In this document: positions 19,935 through 28,350 of the stretch, piece by piece
How the letters are laid out: each line of letters begins with the position of its first letter
Numbering within the stretch: position 1 is the first letter of the stretch
IMG/VR virus record: IMGVR_UViG_3300010373_000001
Location: 51,611 to 115,610 of that record
Source: a virus
Direction: 5' to 3' (one strand)
Length of the DNA: 64,000 bases
Program-made: the position numbers and the translations under genes
The notes under the pieces: generated by a model
What the model was told of the DNA's origin: nothing
What the model saw: only the letters and a program-made list of their open reading frames with translations
The model's database searches: none

Positions 19935-20768
19935 TCAGGAAGTAGAGTGGATAACGAAGATCAGGATGCAGAGCCCATTAACCAGCAGGCCAATCCCAGC
20001 GACCAGCATAACCCACTTGAAAACAGTGTGACGAGTCTGGTGCTGAGCGAGATTGTAATCCCCATCCTTGATCTCATAGATGATACGGTCACGGTAGTTA
20101 GGGATCAGGTGATGATACCAGTGACCCTTAAAAACCTTGTTCGGGTTATCCGCGTAACCATGACGGATTGCGTAATCCTCTGCGAACCAGCTTTGAATAG
20201 CGAAGAACTCAGGCTTCATAATCCACGACGCCATGAAGATAGAACCGGCAAGCACAACCAGCTTCTTCTTACCGTCACCAGCAAGAGTAATACTGATCTT
20301 CTGCCACCAACTAGCATGAGTACTCTGAAATTCCTGAAGAGCATTGATGTGCGGAGGATGGAATCCGGTAACTGCCACGATATCGGCGTGAAGCTTTGTG
20401 TACGAGTAGAACGCCAGAGCCATAAGAGCCATACCAGGGATAGCGAACAAAAGAGCCACTACCGGCCTGATAAAGAGCCTAGGGATAGTCATTGTGTTCT
20501 TGTACTTAAGCTTCCCCTTCTTAACGAAGCAGTAAATCAGGGGACCAGCCACCCACGCTGCTGCCAGAGTTTCAGGAGCCGCACGGAAAAACAGATGACG
20601 GAAATCATCGTTTGGAACCGCCGCATGGAATGCATTGGTAACAGCCGGGATAGTTTCCAGAGTGTCGTAGTAGAAAGCGAATCCGATCATCAGGCCGATG
20701 AAAGCCAAGATCAGAATTACAGGCATCGAGCAAAGCTTGTAATACACTTTCCTGCCGAGTGCGTACAT
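19935..20768 (-). CDS. Multi-pass membrane protein
   Basis: About five hydrophobic segments; RBS GGAGGG. Confidence 0.7.
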   Translation of the reverse strand: MYALGRKVYYKLCSMPVILILAFIGLMIGFAFYYDTLETIPAVTNAFHAAVPNDDFRHLFFRAAPETLAAAWVAGPLIYCFVKKGKLKYKNTMTIPRLFIRPVVALLFAIPGMALMALAFYSYTKLHADIVAVTGFHPPHINALQEFQSTHASWWQKISITLAGDGKKKLVVLAGSIFMASWIMKPEFFAIQSWFAEDYAIRHGYADNPNKVFKGHWYHHLIPNYRDRIIYEIKDGDYNLAQHQTRHTVFKWVMLVAGIGLLVNGLCILIFVIHSTS

Positions 20769-20858
20769 GATTCCCTCCAGTTTCCTGAACTTGTATTTTG
20801 TTTTCCTGCCCAGTGCTGCCAGCCGGAAATTATGGCTGGCAGCACCGTAAACCTCTGA

Positions 20859-21230
20859 TCAGAACTTACGGTAAACCAGGCGAAGCCCAGTTCTGCCCCG
20901 CACTTCTTCCTTTGTCAAAGTGATAGTGCCAGTACCGCTCTGAAGCCTGAACTTACCGCCGATGAAGTGAAAAGTTCTGGTAGCGGTCTTAAACACATCA
21001 TCCTCCTGCGGAGGCCAGAAATCCTCCTCAGCTTTCTTCACCAGACTCACCTCAACACCATAGCCAACTGATCCGTCAAAGATAGCGTGGCTGTAACCTG
21101 CACCCCTGTCCCTGACTAGCAGGTAAGAGCTTGGCTTCAGGGTTCTATCCGCCGTGAGGTTATCCTCTTCCGTGACAATCGCTTCGAAAGTGATCTTAAC
21201 GATGTCACCCTTCTTGTACTCAGTGCCCAT
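20859..21230 (-). CDS. WPP-GD family protein
   Basis: KGDIVKITFEAIV...FWPPQEDDVF...LRLVYR. Confidence 0.7.
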   Translation of the reverse strand: MGTEYKKGDIVKITFEAIVTEEDNLTADRTLKPSSYLLVRDRGAGYSHAIFDGSVGYGVEVSLVKKAEEDFWPPQEDDVFKTATRTFHFIGGKFRLQSGTGTITLTKEEVRGRTGLRLVYRKF

Positions 21231-21247
21231 AAATCTGTTCTCCTGTT

Positions 21248-21598
21248 CTACTTGATTCCGCCGTTACGGAATACCAGTTCCAGATCGCCGTAAGCTCTCA
21301 CAGCGTCAATGTATGAAACTGCAAACACTCCGCTAACGCCGGTACGACGGTGAAACTGTCCCTTGGCAAGAACGTGATAGACAACATCACCCTTCTTGGA
21401 AACCCACACATCACCAGACTCCGGAGGCCAGTACTTAGGGCCACCTGAAACAGTAGTAACACTGCTGCTATCGGTGAGACTAACCTTATGAGTCCTTCCG
21501 GCAGAAGTCTTGACAACCGCCTTACCGTCAAGGTCGATGCTGTCAACAATCCCTTCAAACTTGACGCTAACGACTGAACCGAGCCTAGGTGTAGTCAT
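21248..21598 (-). CDS. WPP-GD family protein
   Basis: LGSVVSVKFEGIV...YWPPESGDVW...LELVFR. Confidence 0.7.
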   Translation of the reverse strand: MTTPRLGSVVSVKFEGIVDSIDLDGKAVVKTSAGRTHKVSLTDSSSVTTVSGGPKYWPPESGDVWVSKKGDVVYHVLAKGQFHRRTGVSGVFAVSYIDAVRAYGDLELVFRNGGIK

Positions 21599-21639
21599 TT
21601 GTGCCCTCCTTTTTCCCGCGATCCCTTGCGACGGGGACT

Positions 21640-21668
21640 ACCCTACCACAAGGGGCCACTCATGTCAA
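21640..21668 (-). promoter_or_regulatory. SigA/HrdB-type promoter
   Basis: TTGACA-N17-TAGGGT. Confidence 0.7.
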
Positions 21669-21676
21669 TAGTTCCG

Positions 21677-21718
21677 GAAAAGAAAAAAGAGACGGTTATG
21701 CCGTCTCTTTTTTCTTTT
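21677..21718 (-). terminator. Intrinsic terminator after Ro60
   Basis: aaaaaagagacgg-ttatg-ccgtctctttttt, A/T runs on both sides. Confidence 0.75.
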
Positions 21719-21735
21719 CCCCCGGCCTTACGTGC

Positions 21736-23364
21736 TCACTTCTCCCACGGCCATGCGGCACTATGAGAACGCTCGATAAGATCCATCATCTTGAACGCGC
21801 TATCAGTCAGACCAGCCAACTGATGCCTCCTGCCATTTCCGCTAGGAATGTCTCCCTGAGCGTACCCTGACAGATCGAAAGCGTATAGGTAAGTGCTTTC
21901 GGGAACAGAGTCACTTACGTTACCTCCGTAACCGTACCCACCATAGCTACGGCTTCCCATTGACTGCATGTCAGTGAATACCACTGCCCTCTTGGTAGAT
22001 GGGCTAGTAGTAGTTCTGATTGATTCAGCAGTGTTGGTGCCGTGGCCAACCGCACCGATCATACGGTTAACCTTCTCAATCTGCCTTAGCAGTGAGCCGC
22101 CACGCTCTACCTTTACTTCCCTTACGTTGTCAGCGAAGATGAACAGTCTGCTGTCCGGGTTTCTCATTGCCGTAGCAATACCGAACAACGCCCCTGCTTC
22201 TGCTCTTCTGATGCTGCTCTTGTTAGACATACCCGTATCCATTGACGCCGAAGTGTCAACGTATACGTCAGTTCTGCCGTTAAGCAGCGGAATGTTTCCT
22301 ACTGACAGTGTTAGGGCTTCCTCAAGAGAGTGAGCCCATGCTGTGCTGGAAGCATTCTTGTAAGCTGACCAGTAGCGGAATGGGAACTGCCTGCCCCTAG
22401 CAACAATCTCAGGGTTGCACAGATCAGCCTGTACCTTAGCAATAGTTGCCTTAGATACACCAGCCTCCTGCATGTTCCTCAGGTTTCTCAGCATAGCCAT
22501 GTGGCCAACTGATCCGCCCATGATAAGAGCATCCCACAGCTTACCCTTGTCCAGCTTAGAACCGGCAAGAGATAGCGCATCTTCCCACGTCATACCCGCA
22601 AACTTCAGGGATGAAGGATCAAGCAGAACGCTAGGATCACTCGCAGCCTGAGCGCGAAGATCAGCGTTGAACCTGATCATAGGAAGGTTAGACAAATCGA
22701 AGTCTGCCTCGTTTCCGTAACGACGGGTCATAGCGTAACGGTACAGATCACTCTGACTATCCACGCCAAAGGTTCTTGGGTGAGTCATCTGAATAACGTC
22801 ACCGAAACGCCACCCCTTAGAAGAGGTGTCGTACTTAAGAAGAGAGTACTCGTTGAACAGCCTGTTAGCTGCGTCAGCAAGACCTCTCTTAACAGCAGAA
22901 GGAATAGTCCTGCCGAACTTCTCAGTCCAGTAGGCAGCCAATTCCCCCGGCTCGTCTGCACGCTGGGGAACAGCACTGATAAACAGCCTGTTCATACCCT
23001 TCTCGCCGCGCTCAATAGAACCATCTTCAACACCAGCCGCTAGTCTTGCGTGTACAGCATGAGCCGCACCCATAAGAGAAGCAGTTCTGATGTTACCTTC
23101 CTGACGTAGCCACCTTAGGAAACTCAGCAGCCATGCAGGATCAGTGATAGCAATCTGCTCAACTAGAGCAGTAAATCTCTTGTCGCGGGACTTACCACTC
23201 TCGTAGAAAGTATCTTCTCCCGCGAACATGTTAACGCCAAGGCGGAACAGTTCACCATAGGCGTCATTGACATAACCAGTCCCGCCCTCATAAGTAACCG
23301 CAGGGCCAACCGTCGTAATTGGTGACGTAGCCGTAACGATCTTCTTGGTGTTCAGTCTTGACAT
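21736..23364 (-). CDS. rsr: Ro60/TROVE-domain RNA-binding protein with C-terminal vWA domain
   Basis: EDTFYE, RADEPGE, KRGLADA, KYD, HP, TWE, MAMLRNLRN, PFRYWSAY motifs; MIDAS DTSASM...TD; start moved to ATG 23364 (MSRLN) behind RBS GGAGG. Confidence 0.93.
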   Translation of the reverse strand: MSRLNTKKIVTATSPITTVGPAVTYEGGTGYVNDAYGELFRLGVNMFAGEDTFYESGKSRDKRFTALVEQIAITDPAWLLSFLRWLRQEGNIRTASLMGAAHAVHARLAAGVEDGSIERGEKGMNRLFISAVPQRADEPGELAAYWTEKFGRTIPSAVKRGLADAANRLFNEYSLLKYDTSSKGWRFGDVIQMTHPRTFGVDSQSDLYRYAMTRRYGNEADFDLSNLPMIRFNADLRAQAASDPSVLLDPSSLKFAGMTWEDALSLAGSKLDKGKLWDALIMGGSVGHMAMLRNLRNMQEAGVSKATIAKVQADLCNPEIVARGRQFPFRYWSAYKNASSTAWAHSLEEALTLSVGNIPLLNGRTDVYVDTSASMDTGMSNKSSIRRAEAGALFGIATAMRNPDSRLFIFADNVREVKVERGGSLLRQIEKVNRMIGAVGHGTNTAESIRTTTSPSTKRAVVFTDMQSMGSRSYGGYGYGGNVSDSVPESTYLYAFDLSGYAQGDIPSGNGRRHQLAGLTDSAFKMMDLIERSHSAAWPWEK

Positions 23365-23455
23365 TGTTACCTCCATAGATAACTGAAGCCACTGTCTGAG
23401 CAGCTTCATTGACAATCTGGTCACATAAAACTGCCACATTCAGTGGCTTGAAAGG

Positions 23456-23536
23456 ACCAGAGAAATAATCGAATACAGTATCTTGTGTTATTTGATAGTT
23501 GTAAATAGTGAAGTAACTGTATTCTTCGCATCTGGT
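23456..23536 (-). ncRNA. Y-RNA-like unit 1 (no tRNA cargo)
   Basis: ACCAGA-TGCGAA-GAATACAG-TTACTTC-loop-CTGTATTC-GATTATTTC-TCTGGT. Confidence 0.75.
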
Positions 23537-23555
23537 ATAAATATTTAAATGTAGA

Positions 23556-23684
23556 GCCTGAGAAAAAATTTAGCGGCCGGAAATGAGATGTTATCTCATG
23601 CGGGCTCCACGCCCAGCATCGCCGTGATTGGTGGCGATGAATAGAATCGAACTATTGAAGTATCCGTTTGCATTCACTTCAGGC
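23556..23684 (-). ncRNA. Y-RNA-like unit 2 (tRNA mimic opened at the variable loop)
   Basis: Shared frame; T-arm, capped acceptor CATCGCC-ACCAATCAC-GGCGATG, D-arm GGGC/GCCC, anticodon-like arm ATGAG-7nt-CTCAT. Confidence 0.8.
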
Positions 23685-23693
23685 AAACTTTGA

Positions 23694-23835
23694 TGGCTTA
23701 GAGAAAAAGTCGGAGTCAGAAATTTTTAGCGCTCTGCCAACTGAGCTATACCCCGGTGTTGTCGGGGCAACAGGATTCGAACCTGTGACCTCTCGTTCCC
23801 AATACGAAGTAACTGTTTCCTGCACTTCTAAGCCA
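23694..23835 (-). ncRNA. Y-RNA-like unit 3 (YrlA-like, tRNA-Pro-derived permutation)
   Basis: Shared frame; TTGGGAACGAGAGGTC, T-arm ACAGG-TTCGAAT-CCTGT, capped acceptor, D-arm GCTC-AGTTGGCA-GAGC. Confidence 0.85.
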
Positions 23836-23842
23836 AGATTTA

Positions 23843-23982
23843 TGTTCTGAGAAATAGTCTAGTACGGTGTCTTATGGGCAGGCACTCTACCAATTGAGTT
23901 ACAAGAGTCTATGACTCCAGACAGGATTCGAACCCGCAGCTTCCTGCTATACGGAAGTATCCGTGCTATTCACATCAGAACA
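23843..23982 (-). ncRNA. Y-RNA-like unit 4 (classical YrlA topology)
   Basis: Shared frame; GCAGG/CCTGC stem, T-arm, GAGTC-ATA-GACTC capped acceptor, D-arm ACTC-AATTGGTA-GAGT. Confidence 0.85.
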
Positions 23983-23989
23983 AAACTAG

Positions 23990-24098
23990 TATCAGAGGAA
24001 AAGTCGAAAACGGAAAAGGCACCAGCCCATATACCAGGGAATCGAACCCTTGGTACTCGATTGTTGGAGAGAAGTAACCGTTCTCTTCACATCTGATA
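23990..24098 (-). ncRNA. Y-RNA-like unit 5 (T-loop hairpin cargo)
   Basis: Shared frame; TACCAAGGG-TTCGATT-CCCTGGTA. Confidence 0.8.
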
Positions 24099-24101
24099 TA
24101 G

Positions 24102-24173
24102 AGACACCTACTGGATTCGAACCAGCGTAACAGGTTTTGCAGACCCGTACCTAAACCACTCGGTCAAGGTGCC
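24102..24173 (-). tRNA. tRNA-Cys(GCA)
   Basis: Cloverleaf; loop CT-GCA-AA; U73. Confidence 0.9.
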
Positions 24174-24181
24174 GTAAAGAG

Positions 24182-24333
24182 TGTGCTAGAGGAAAGCTAA
24201 AGAGAGTGGAATATCTATTTCATTTCACTACCGGCTGTTGCCAGCCGACTTGGACTCGAACCAAGAATTATTAATTTACAGTTAATTGTGTTTACCTTTT
24301 AAGAAGTAACCCTCAACAAACACTTCTAGCACA
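24182..24333 (-). ncRNA. Y-RNA-like unit 6 (tRNA mimic opened in the D-loop, intact GUA anticodon arm)
   Basis: Shared frame; GGTAAACAC, ATTAA-CTGTAAA-TTAAT, CTTGG-TTCGAGT-CCAAG, TCGGCTG-GCAA-CAGCCGG, TAGTG. Confidence 0.8.
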
Positions 24334-24346
24334 TTCAGTTATATGC

Positions 24347-24460
24347 CCAGAGGAACAAACTTGATCAGGGAAATTTCGACCTCCGGGCTATGAACCCGGC
24401 GCTCTATCTGAGCTAATGCGCAAATGCTGCGTATGAAGTACCTGTTCAATTCACTTCTGG
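24347..24460 (-). ncRNA. Y-RNA-like unit 7 (tRNA mimic opened at the T-arm, intact CAU anticodon arm)
   Basis: Shared frame; capped acceptor-like ATACGCA/TGCGCAT, D-arm GCTC/GAGC, CCGGG-TTCATAG-CCCGG, AGGTC. Confidence 0.78.
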
Positions 24461-24466
24461 AACTAG

Positions 24467-24539
24467 TAGTCAGTCTGAGATTCGAACTCAGGAACCCTAG
24501 CTTATGAGACTAGTGCCCTATGCCTCTGGCTTACCGACT
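24467..24539 (-). tRNA. tRNA-Met/Ile2(CAT)
   Basis: Cloverleaf; loop CT-CAT-AA; elongator type. Confidence 0.85.
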
Positions 24540-24857
24540 TTATATGGCTAGTTTCCCTCCATAGCCGGGGAGTGATAGAAGGGGCTGTCTGCCCTTAATC
24601 CGGAGAACAGAGTTGACATTGTATCCGGAAACTACGTAATGGCGCTACCCATATCTAATCTCAGAGTGGCCCCTGACTGTTATCCTTTATCCCTCACCAG
24701 TTGGCCTTGGAAACAAAGGGCACTAGATTTACGTATACTTTATGGCCCAGCCTGTTCTGTAGCCATTATTCAGTCACTATCTACAACTCTCCGTCGAGAG
24801 TTGTTAGTGATGGTAACAGTTCTGACACTGTTACCACCTTGGACGGACCAACAATTG

Positions 24858-24929
24858 TCCAGAGGAAATGCCGGTATTAGTTTACGTGTCCGTCCTGGCG
24901 TTGAAGTAACTAAAACCTTCACATCTGGA
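24858..24929 (-). ncRNA. Y-RNA-like unit 8 (short loop cargo)
   Basis: TCCAGA-TGTGAA-GGTTTTAG-TTACTTC...CTAATACC-GGCATTTCC-TCTGGA. Confidence 0.75.
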
Positions 24930-24935
24930 ACTTAG

Positions 24936-25009
24936 TTGCGGAGACAGGATTTGAACCTGTGACCTCTGGGTTATGAGCCCAACGAGCTACCGAACTGCTC
25001 CACTCCGCG
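24936..25009 (-). tRNA. Initiator tRNA-fMet(CAT)
   Basis: C1xA72 mismatch and GGG/CCC pairs in the anticodon stem. Confidence 0.93.
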
Positions 25010-25019
25010 TTGAATTAGA

Positions 25020-25088
25020 ATCAGAGAAATAATCGTTAAGGGTATTTTTTTCTGCTTAAAAGAAGTATCCCGTAACTGCGCTTCTGAT
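25020..25088 (-). ncRNA. Y-RNA-like unit 9 (short loop cargo)
   Basis: ATCAGA-AGCGCA-GTTACGGG-ATACTTC...CCCTTAAC-GATTATTTC-TCTGAT. Confidence 0.75.
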
Positions 25089-25093
25089 CACAG

Positions 25094-25167
25094 TACTCCT
25101 AGAGGGATTCGAACCCTACGCTGCCACCTTGAAAGGGAGGTGTCCTTGGCCGCTAGACGATAGGAGC
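25094..25167 (-). tRNA. tRNA-Glu(TTC)
   Basis: Cloverleaf; loop CT-TTC-AA. Confidence 0.9.
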
Positions 25168-25225
25168 TTATTAGCCGGGCCGAGATTTTCATGGGCAAAC
25201 CAACGTGTCTCGGCCCGACTCTTAC

Positions 25226-25254
25226 AGAGTACCACAGGGGAGCGTCCCTGTCAA
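25226..25254 (-). promoter_or_regulatory. Promoter of the tRNA/Y-RNA/Ro60 operon
   Basis: TTGACA-N17-TACTCT with TG extension. Confidence 0.75.
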
Positions 25255-25286
25255 GACCCCGCGTTAAACTATTTTAAAGCTATTTT

Positions 25287-25847
25287 TCACTGTCCACCCG
25301 GAGTGAACCTCTGGAACCAGCCTGATAGCTGGTCACCAGCAAAGGCAAACTGACTGCCGTTGTTCAAACCGGATAGATCGATCAGGCTATTACCGTTTGC
25401 CTGAGTTGCCGCTCTGTTAATGAATACGTCTGCACCATTCCTGGTTGTCAGCGGGAATACTACTCCGTGACCACCATTGCAGTGATCCATAACGGCAGAG
25501 GTATTGCTACTGTTTCCACCTACACACCAGCCGGTGTGCTCCTGCCACTGCAAATTACCATTCTCGTAGGTAACACCCTTGAAAGTAAAGGTAGTACCGA
25601 TATCATGCCACTGAATATCAGTGGCAGGACCGAATACTCCCTGAGAACCTTCTACTACCGGGTTACCTACTGATTCCAGGTTATTTGAATCGCGGATCAG
25701 GAAATTACCTGAAGTCTCATTCAGAACGAATACAACGTCTGGGTGAGGCTTATGTGTTGCTGGTGCAGTTGAACTTGCTGCTGCTACACCACCTGCTGAG
25801 AGCAAGATAGTAGCAGATGTTGCAATTAATGCTAGTAGTCTGCGCAT
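25287..25847 (-). CDS. Secreted protein, possibly ricin/beta-trefoil-like
   Basis: Signal peptide; GWCVG...MDHC disulfide-like pair; fold call is a guess. Confidence 0.5.
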   Translation of the reverse strand: MRRLLALIATSATILLSAGGVAAASSTAPATHKPHPDVVFVLNETSGNFLIRDSNNLESVGNPVVEGSQGVFGPATDIQWHDIGTTFTFKGVTYENGNLQWQEHTGWCVGGNSSNTSAVMDHCNGGHGVVFPLTTRNGADVFINRAATQANGNSLIDLSGLNNGSQFAFAGDQLSGWFQRFTPGGQ

Positions 25848-25874
25848 TATTCTCCTGTTATTCTTTTTCTTTAA

Positions 25875-26351
25875 TCAGCCTGTAGAAGTTGACGCCAGAA
25901 TCAGAAGGCCGTTCTTGGAAACAGGAATCACCATTACCGGCTGCGGATAAGCCACAGTTGGTGAGGCAGTTGTGTAACCTGGAACATCAATCTTGATTGG
26001 CGTAACTCCTGAGTTACCTGTTCCCGGTGCGGGAATCAGGGTAACAATGTAGCCACCATACTGTGTGTGGCCCAGACTGTCTACATAGGTAAGCTGCTGG
26101 ATAGTCTTAAGGGTAGGAAGAACAATAGTTCCGCCTGACGAACCGCCACCAGTTCCGTTGTCAGATCCGAAAATCTTTACGGGAACTACGCCCTCTTTAT
26201 CGATGACACCTACAACATACTGTGTACCACCCTGAGTGAACAGTCCATTGGTAAACGTGAACGTTGCAGCATCAGTCGGAGTACCAGCAGTTACCTGAAA
26301 TGTGCTGTTAACTTCAGGATAACCGGCAAGAGACGCTACTGAAAGAGCCAT
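25875..26351 (-). CDS. Hypothetical beta-rich protein, paralog of 28924..29244
   Basis: GGTQYVVG...GGYIV...GLLILAS shared pattern. Confidence 0.6.
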   Translation of the reverse strand: MALSVASLAGYPEVNSTFQVTAGTPTDAATFTFTNGLFTQGGTQYVVGVIDKEGVVPVKIFGSDNGTGGGSSGGTIVLPTLKTIQQLTYVDSLGHTQYGGYIVTLIPAPGTGNSGVTPIKIDVPGYTTASPTVAYPQPVMVIPVSKNGLLILASTSTG

Positions 26352-26416
26352 TTTAAGCTCCTAGAACTAGGAATTATTTACACTCCCAGTATACATGGAG
26401 ATATAGGCTCTTTCAA

Positions 26417-27418
26417 TTAAGCGGTAAGGATCAGCGCTCTGGTCCCTGCAATCAGTTTCCTGTTAGGTGCGGTGCTTTCCACAAAGATTGTGTAAGGATA
26501 GTTCTCAGGGATTACCTTTACAGATTCGTCGTCTGGCAAACCCAGGACTCGCCTGATTTCCCTGTACCCGATATACACACGGCCATCGAACAGAATAGCA
26601 ATTCTCTTCTGAGACTGAATTATCTCAGGCTTGCTTAGCTGGTAGAACACCATGCCTACATGGAATGGCAGACCGTTATCTCTTACGAAATCATCTGCTC
26701 TTGAGTCTGATAGCACGCCTCTTAGCGCGAAATCCTGCGGCATAAGAGGTGTCATTGTGCTGAGGATGTCATCAGGAGTAAGGGTGTTCAGCTTGAACAG
26801 CGACCTTGAACCGCGAATACCAACCTTACGGTTCTGCATAAAGGTTTCAGTTGTGCGGCGGATAGTTTCGCCCGCCTCAGCAATACCCTTAACTGAAGTA
26901 GCATCCCAGACTTCTACGTTGTCTGCCGGGAAACCAAATCTCTTAGCCTCAAACTTGCCATCCTGGTTCGGCACAAACGCCGCAATAGTCCAGTGATCAG
27001 GCAAACCATCAATAGTGTTCTTCAGATCATATGATCTTGCGGCACTGTTATTCTCCTGACCATCGGTCAGTACGTAGATAAGAAATGCGTGCTCGCCGTA
27101 CTTCTCAGGAGTCATCTTCAGGTCATTGATGGCAAGAAGCGTGGCATCAATAAGAGCAGTCTGGCTCATAACCCGGTAAAGGGATTTGATACTTGGCATT
27201 CTCAGCACATCTTTGTCATAGATCAGGCAGTAGATTTCTCTCCTGTTGCTGAACATATAGACTGTGACGCGAGTTTCCTGATCAAGATCCTTAGATCTTT
27301 GCGCAAGGTATGCAATCTGATTGTCAGCTACCTTGACTAATTCGGCCTCACGGCCTTTCATACTGAAACTGGCATCCAGTACCAGCACGATATGATTGAT
27401 AATGTTTGCTGGTTGCAA
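26417..27418 (-). CDS. vWA (MIDAS) domain protein
   Basis: LVLDASFSM, TALIDA and VLTDGQENNS motifs. Confidence 0.85.
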   Translation of the reverse strand: MQPANIINHIVLVLDASFSMKGREAELVKVADNQIAYLAQRSKDLDQETRVTVYMFSNRREIYCLIYDKDVLRMPSIKSLYRVMSQTALIDATLLAINDLKMTPEKYGEHAFLIYVLTDGQENNSAARSYDLKNTIDGLPDHWTIAAFVPNQDGKFEAKRFGFPADNVEVWDATSVKGIAEAGETIRRTTETFMQNRKVGIRGSRSLFKLNTLTPDDILSTMTPLMPQDFALRGVLSDSRADDFVRDNGLPFHVGMVFYQLSKPEIIQSQKRIAILFDGRVYIGYREIRRVLGLPDDESVKVIPENYPYTIFVESTAPNRKLIAGTRALILTA

Positions 27419-27446
27419 AATACCCTCCAGTAATTGTTTAACAAAG

Positions 27447-27517
27447 AGTGACTAGCGGGATTTGAACCCACGAGAACGACATGGCAAGCCGTTATGTTAC
27501 CGCTACATCATAGTCAC
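27447..27517 (-). tRNA. tRNA-Gly(GCC)
   Basis: Cloverleaf; loop TT-GCC-AT; U73. Confidence 0.9.
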
Positions 27518-27660
27518 GTAATCGGAAGAGACTTCCTATTGCTCCACCTGTATAGTCTGCTTCAGTGAAGTCAATCCGAAAGCCCCTGACGTATGTTTCC
27601 GGGCAGACCGTGGAAACCCCATATCAGTTTACTTCCTGAAGAGTTAGCTAAACTCTTTTG

Positions 27661-27733
27661 TAGCTCTGGTCGGATTCGAACCGACACTGAGGGAATTTTA
27701 AGTTCCGTTCCTCTGCCATTGGGATACAGAGCC
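27661..27733 (-). tRNA. tRNA-Leu(TAA), short variable arm
   Basis: Cloverleaf; loop CT-TAA-AA; A73. Confidence 0.88.
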
Positions 27734-27800
27734 TAAGCGGGAAAGAGGGCGACTACCAATGGTGTTAGCCATTTCCCTAGGAGTTAATTAGGCTCCCTTG

Positions 27801-27873
27801 TAGCCACTGTCAGACTTGAACTGACACTGTTTGGGTTTTGAATCCAATGCCTCTGCCGTTGGGCTAAGTGGCC
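27801..27873 (-). tRNA. tRNA-Leu(CAA), short variable arm
   Basis: Cloverleaf; loop TT-CAA-AA. Confidence 0.87.
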
Positions 27874-28278
27874 TTAGCTGAAATAAGAGATACCGATGAA
27901 CATGAAGATCAGGAAGCAAACTAACCACAGAGCCCTACTCCAGTAGAGCGCTTCCTCTTCTATGCTATCTTTCTTATCAGCCATGTGCTAATTATACTCT
28001 AGTGCGATGCTATGTAAGCCCAGCCCGCCAGGATTGTGACTACGATAGCAAAACCTAACCAGATAACTGCTACTACCGGATCATAGTCTTTCTTGCTATC
28101 CGCCATACCTACTCCTGCTAGAAGTTATACCCCAGAAAGATAGAGACGGCCAGCACAGCTAGAACTACTGCGGAAATAATTACAACCGCAAGAACTCTTC
28201 TCTGGTTAGGCTCTGGCTCTTCTGGTGGCAATGGTGATCTGTGTGTCATAGTACCCTCCCATATTATAAATCCTGAAG

Positions 28279-28350
28279 TGTCTCCTACAGGACTCGAACC
28301 TATGCGCAACGGGCTTCAACCGTCTGCTCTTCCCACTGAGCTAAAGAGAC
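28279..28350 (-). tRNA. tRNA-Phe(GAA)
   Basis: Cloverleaf; loop TT-GAA-GC. Confidence 0.88.

Noticed and set aside
19947-20858. 303-aa plus-strand ORF
   Set aside because: Antisense shadow of the membrane-protein gene 19935..20768.
23365-23439. N-terminal extension of Ro60 in the ORF track
   Set aside because: A GGAGG RBS precedes the ATG at 23364, and the extension overlaps a hairpin.
23694-23982. Ordinary or pseudo tRNA genes at units 3 and 4
   Set aside because: The T-arm precedes the D-arm and the acceptor stem is capped by a loop, so these are permuted mimics inside the Y frame.
23456-25088. CRISPR array interpretation of the recurring GAAGTA/AGAGAAA motifs
   Set aside because: The units are self-complementary frames with variable stems and lengths, not identical direct repeats with uniform spacers, and there are no cas genes in the window.
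23668-25353. Plus-strand ORFs 23668, 23911, 24639 and 25129
   Set aside because: They are antisense to RNA genes or to the RNA operon, with no RBS or protein-like features.
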